A stretch of 63,751 bases of DNA, the filler included, from Octopus bimaculoides (lineage: Eukaryota): the NCBI RefSeq assembly GCF_001194135.2. It is 4 parts of 4 records of this genome, joined end to end, with 100 filler letters (N's around TTAATTAATTAA, not from the genome) between each part and the next. Parts side by side here need not be neighbours in the genome. Positions count along the whole stretch, not along the records: positions 47,609 to 60,551 come from NC_068981.1; positions 60,652 to 63,751 come from NC_069005.1; 2 more parts are not named here. One strand, given 5' to 3'. How positions within the stretch are numbered: the stretch's first letter is position 1; every line of letters starts with the position of its first letter. The notes beneath the pieces were generated by a model. That model worked only from the letters and a program-made list of their open reading frames with translations. It was not told where the DNA came from and ran no database searches. The translations under genes were made by a program, and so were the position numbers. Below, piece after piece: positions 59,583-63,751 of this stretch.

Positions 59583-60551
59583 TTCTATCCCTGCCAGGGA
59601 CTGTATCTTGCCTCTTTTAGGTAGATTATTCTGCACTTGTTGAGTCCAAATTCCATTCTAATATCAGCACTAAAACAGTGGAACATGTTGACCAAGGAAC
59701 TCACTTGTGTCTCCTCTTTGTCATACAGTTTCAAATCATCCATGAAGACAAAGTGGTTGATTGTTTGGGATTTTCCCTTTAGTTGGTACCCCAGGTTCAT
59801 TTTCCTGAGTACCAAGGTTAGGAATATCATGCAGGGAACAAAAAGCAATGGAGATAGGCTGTCACCTTGGAAAAGCCCTCTTCTGATACCCAGGGTGCCC
59901 AAGCTTTTTCCGTAAAATGTTTGTTCAGTCTTCCATCCCACTATATTTCTCTTCTGGAAACACATTATATTCTTTGCAATTCCAAACAGATTTAAGCACT
60001 CGATGATCTACAAATGTGGAATCGTATCATAAACTTTGCAATAGTCAATCCCTACCATTCCCAGATTTGTTCTCCTTCTTTTACAATCTTGCATTACCAT
60101 TTTATCTATCAATAGTTGACCTTTCGTATCTCTGCATCTCCTTCTGCAGCCTTTTTTTGTTCCATCCGTAATATATCGTTTTCATCAAGAAATTTGTACA
60201 GTTCTGCTGCAATTCCTCCTCACAGTTAAATTCCATGTTAATGAGAAGCAAGAAATTGGCCTGTAATTTGTCAGCAGCATTTCCTTTTGATGCACATCAA
60301 CCATTCTTCCTTTTGTCAACCAGTCTGGTATTTCTTCTCCATCATTCAATGCTCTGCAATCAATTTATGGCAACTACTCAATTTTTTTTATCCAAAATCC
60401 CTAAATACTTATATGGTTGGCTTTCGTCTAGTTCTCTTATTTCATTGGCTTTATCTAGTGTTATATTGCTACTTTTAACTAATTTTCCTCTTTTCAGGGT
60501 TGCTTTGGCACATTTTTCTAATCCGAATTTCATTTCTATTTCCTTGGTAAA
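59583..60551 (-). mobile_element. R4/Dong-type non-LTR retrotransposon RT fragment
   Basis: IRRGLFQGDSLSPLLF, INHFVFMDDLKLY, FSADIRMEFGLNKC; upstream RPISC and IDYCK.YD remnants. This motif style is typical of R4/Dong-clade RTs, not RTE. Confidence 0.75.
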
Positions 60552-60651
60552 NNNNNNNNNNNNNNNNNNNNNNNNNNNNNNNNNNNNNNNNNNNNTTAAT
60601 TAATTAANNNNNNNNNNNNNNNNNNNNNNNNNNNNNNNNNNNNNNNNNNNN
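60552..60651. other. Artificial scaffold spacer 44N-TTAATTAATTAA-44N
   Basis: Same 100 bp construct as at 30762. Confidence 0.95.
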
Positions 60652-62435
60652 AGTTTACTGTTCCGTTAACGTAGGATCAAAAAGAAAAATTCCGTCCAAT
60701 GAGAGATAAATATCATTTAATGTCTACAGTTTTTATTACACACCTTTCTACCTAGCAAAGATCAAGTTTTCTTTGAAGCATATAAATTGCTAATTTCCTA
60801 ATTTCTTGAAATCATTTTCCCTTGGTCTCTTAGCGTCACTAACAATTACCGCCAGGTTTTTGTTTACTTTCTCCAACTAAAAGTGAATTTTCAATTAACT
60901 GAAAATAGTTTGCGCACAGTATTCTGGCATATCTCCTCGTAACCTTTATGGATTCATATAACAGAAACAACAGAGCAGACAGAGAGATTTTGAGAACATT
61001 TTAAAAATATTAATTCTAATTCTCAAGTTTTCCATTCAACCTTGATCTAATACAAATTCAGATGACACAAGCAGCCAGGTTTTAGATATACACGAGGGAA
61101 TAAATAGCAAGTCATACAGCACATTTTCCTATACGATAAACCAACAACAAATGCTTACGTGTGCACAAGGAAAGCAAGTGTCCATATTGATAATAAAAAT
61201 GTGTCGTAAAATCACTTCTGAGACGAGCTTTTAAAATTTCACTTACAAAAGACGCTTTAGAAAATAGAATCAATAGAATCCTACAAGAACTAATGAATAA
61301 CTGATAGTTGAATGCTTCAGTAGACCGAGCTGTAGAACAATAAAAGAACAAACTTGCCCACGCTACCACACTTGCAAAAGATATAATTCACAAATACAAA
61401 TTACATACATATAATATACTGCATAAAACAAATACACCATGGTTACAGATTGGATGAACACAATCCCAAGGAAACTCATAAAATAGAGCGTAAATTGTAT
61501 CGCACCTAACCAGAAAATAACATTTAGAATATATTACAAAAAGCTCGAGCGTTAAAAACCTTCTCATCAACGTGTAATCACAGAGCTGCTAGTCGTAAAA
61601 CTTACTTCCAACAACCAATATAATATATAAGTTTCAATGTAAACATGAAAGATCTAAACTCCCTGACTCAAACTGTTACACTGGACACACAAGTAAGACT
61701 GTTGACCAAGCGTTTACAAAGAACCATTACAGCATTTTACAATGCATTACACGAAATGAAGCTATATATAAAAAAAAATTATTAGCTGATACAGCAACCA
61801 TATCATAAAGATTTCCACAAAGCCTAGTAGAAACATTAATAATAGCAAAATGTAGACAAACATTAACAAATACACAGACAGTGGTAACCAAAGTTCAGTC
61901 ACTGGATGCTGAGAATAGCTTGGAGAGAACAGACAAACGTTTAAGATAATTGATGATAGTGTTATTAATTACCACATTATTCCCATGATCTTTGCTAACT
62001 GCTATAAGTGAGTAGCATCACTTCATCGCACTTAGTAAAGTTAATAGATTTGGAAAAACTATAATCCCAAATTAAACGACTGCTGATTCTGCAAGTACAC
62101 GCGTCAGTTCTAGAATCTGACATGCGAGAGTCATGGCTGACTATGAAAGAGTGACGCTGGAGCTAAGAAATCTTGCGTGCAATTAATTTCAGTGCTTCTA
62201 ATTAATAAACTGGCTGGCCCCGTGGCTGTCAAAAATGACGGCTAATTGTAGTAGTTTATATATAAATAAGGTACAAAGTAATCACAGATACAAACATTCA
62301 CATACATTCCTTGTACATGCACATACATACACACATCTACTCACACAGAGTTGAAACGTTGTTTGATTTTTTCTTTTCAGCGTTCAATGTTCACCATCCC
62401 ACTTCTATTGCTCACACACACACATACACACGCAC

Positions 62436-62496
<61 letters not shown>

Positions 62497-62699
62497 TTCA
62501 CATGACTCCCTTTTACATACACACGCACATACTCACGCAGAGTTGAAACGCTGTTTGATTTTTTTTCTCACCGTAGAACTTCCATCATCCCACTACCAAG
62601 TTTGCCATCACCCTTTCCTTTCTCATTCATATGTTGTGACGGAGAAAGACACAAGAGTACTATTATAGTAGCTGCATGATTTCTTTCCAGGTAAACTGA

Positions 62700-62849
62700 C
62701 ATCCGAATATTCAGAGAAGACTTCAAAAGTAGCCGCTACTTTAACTGCAGTAGCGACTTCTCTTGAAAATAGACTAAATTTGACATCTTGGTGCTATCAA
62801 TAAAGTACCTGCAGAAAAAGGCTTTAGCCCCCAAGGACATTCATGCTGA
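62700..62849 (+). mobile_element. Mariner 5' fragment
   Basis: IKYLQKKALAPKDIHAE resembles mariner N-termini (VIKYL.KKG..PK.IHADM). Confidence 0.55.
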
Positions 62850-63047
62850 ATAATCCAGTATTAACTTCGACTCTTAACTGGAAAAGGAACATTTTCTCTC
62901 TGCTATGGAGAGATTATGGCTCAATTTGCCATAGTCTGAGGCATACTGTAATGTTGCTAGCTGCGACAAAACTTAAGGCTGTGTTAGTCAAGTGAATGTG
63001 TCATGTGACAGCATGGATGACAATTTCACGTTATATCCTCATACTAG

Positions 63048-63057
63048 GTCACGTGAC
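63048..63057. promoter_or_regulatory. Perfect palindromic E-box GTCACGTGAC (USF/MiT-TFE CLEAR-type)
   Basis: Direct sequence match; function unproven. Confidence 0.25.
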
Positions 63058-63751
63058 TTTACGAACTATGATTAAACCAAAGCCAAGACAGAGTAAAACT
63101 AGTGAATGTGTCATTTGATAGTATGAACAACACGTTGTCAAAATAACTGAAAAAAAGTAGTTTACTTTCTCGTATGCGAGCGAAAATAAGTAGAGTAGAA
63201 AGTTTGTTATGTGTGGTTAAATGTGAATTACAATAATGCAATGTCTCTTTTCGATATGCTATATCTTTAGTTAAACGCATTGTTCTTAATTTGTCTGTAT
63301 TTAATTTATCAGTATTTGATTTGTACTTTTATCAGAACAAAGGTAAAGCAGAAGACTTGTAATTTCGCTGATTTGTTTGTAGTACACTTAGTGAAATCTT
63401 TCAAGTGGAAGGATCTTATATTCGTTGCATTGGAACATTTTTTTTTTGTTTTTTTCAGAACAAGTCCTTCTATCTCACACAACTTTTGAAAAATCATGAA
63501 ATTTTGAAACCGATTGAATAGATCTAAATGGATGTAAATAAATCTTTTTAAACTTCTATTTCTGTATGTGTGTGCGTATGTGTATGTGTGTATGTGGCTA
63601 CGGTCATATAGGATATTTTTATATACATGCAATATGTGCTTATCTGTATTTACGTATCACTTTGTGTGTACCCCCATCTTCTTGGATATACATACATGTA
63701 TTTATGTATTTATCTATACATGTATTTATGTATTTATCTATACATGTACTC

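Noticed and set aside
61112-61369. 85 aa minus-strand ORF with internal GTAAG motifs
   Set aside because: No homology recognised and no consistent acceptor/donor pair.
63459-63525. Strong plus-strand acceptor (ttttttcAG) near the window end
   Set aside because: All three frames stop within about 20 codons and no RRM-like peptide follows.

Overview
AT-rich, microsatellite-dense animal genomic DNA from a gappy draft assembly. The SINE, RTE and Penelope families resemble those I associate with octopus (coleoid cephalopod); that assignment is inference. There are no prokaryotic features and no CRISPR array. Most of the window is transposable-element debris: at least four tRNA-derived SINE families, five RTE LINE pieces, an R4/Dong-type RT fragment, one near-complete Penelope-like element (PLE) plus remnants, Tc1 and mariner copies, hAT copies, several foldback MITEs and a possible Gypsy remnant. 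The best-supported host gene is a plus-strand, multi-exon PARP10/PARP14-like gene. Three exons (about 46.8, 47.9 and 57.7 kb) encode tandem RRM-like repeats with phase-1 splice junctions, and the gene probably extends beyond what is visible. The most interesting signals are RNA-level. The PLE's inverted terminal repeat holds an intact minimal hammerhead ribozyme (39322-39367, minus), and its 3' terminal repeat carries a tRNA-like Pol III head. A second, non-canonical (A6->U) hammerhead-like motif occurs twice in inverted orientation at 53.26 and 53.67 kb, and a third, degenerate hammerhead core lies at 8.46 kb. Three 44N-TTAATTAATTAA-44N blocks are artificial scaffold joins. Most ORFs in the supplied track are artefacts of N-runs or microsatellites. 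Repeat boundaries were placed by eye and are approximate.
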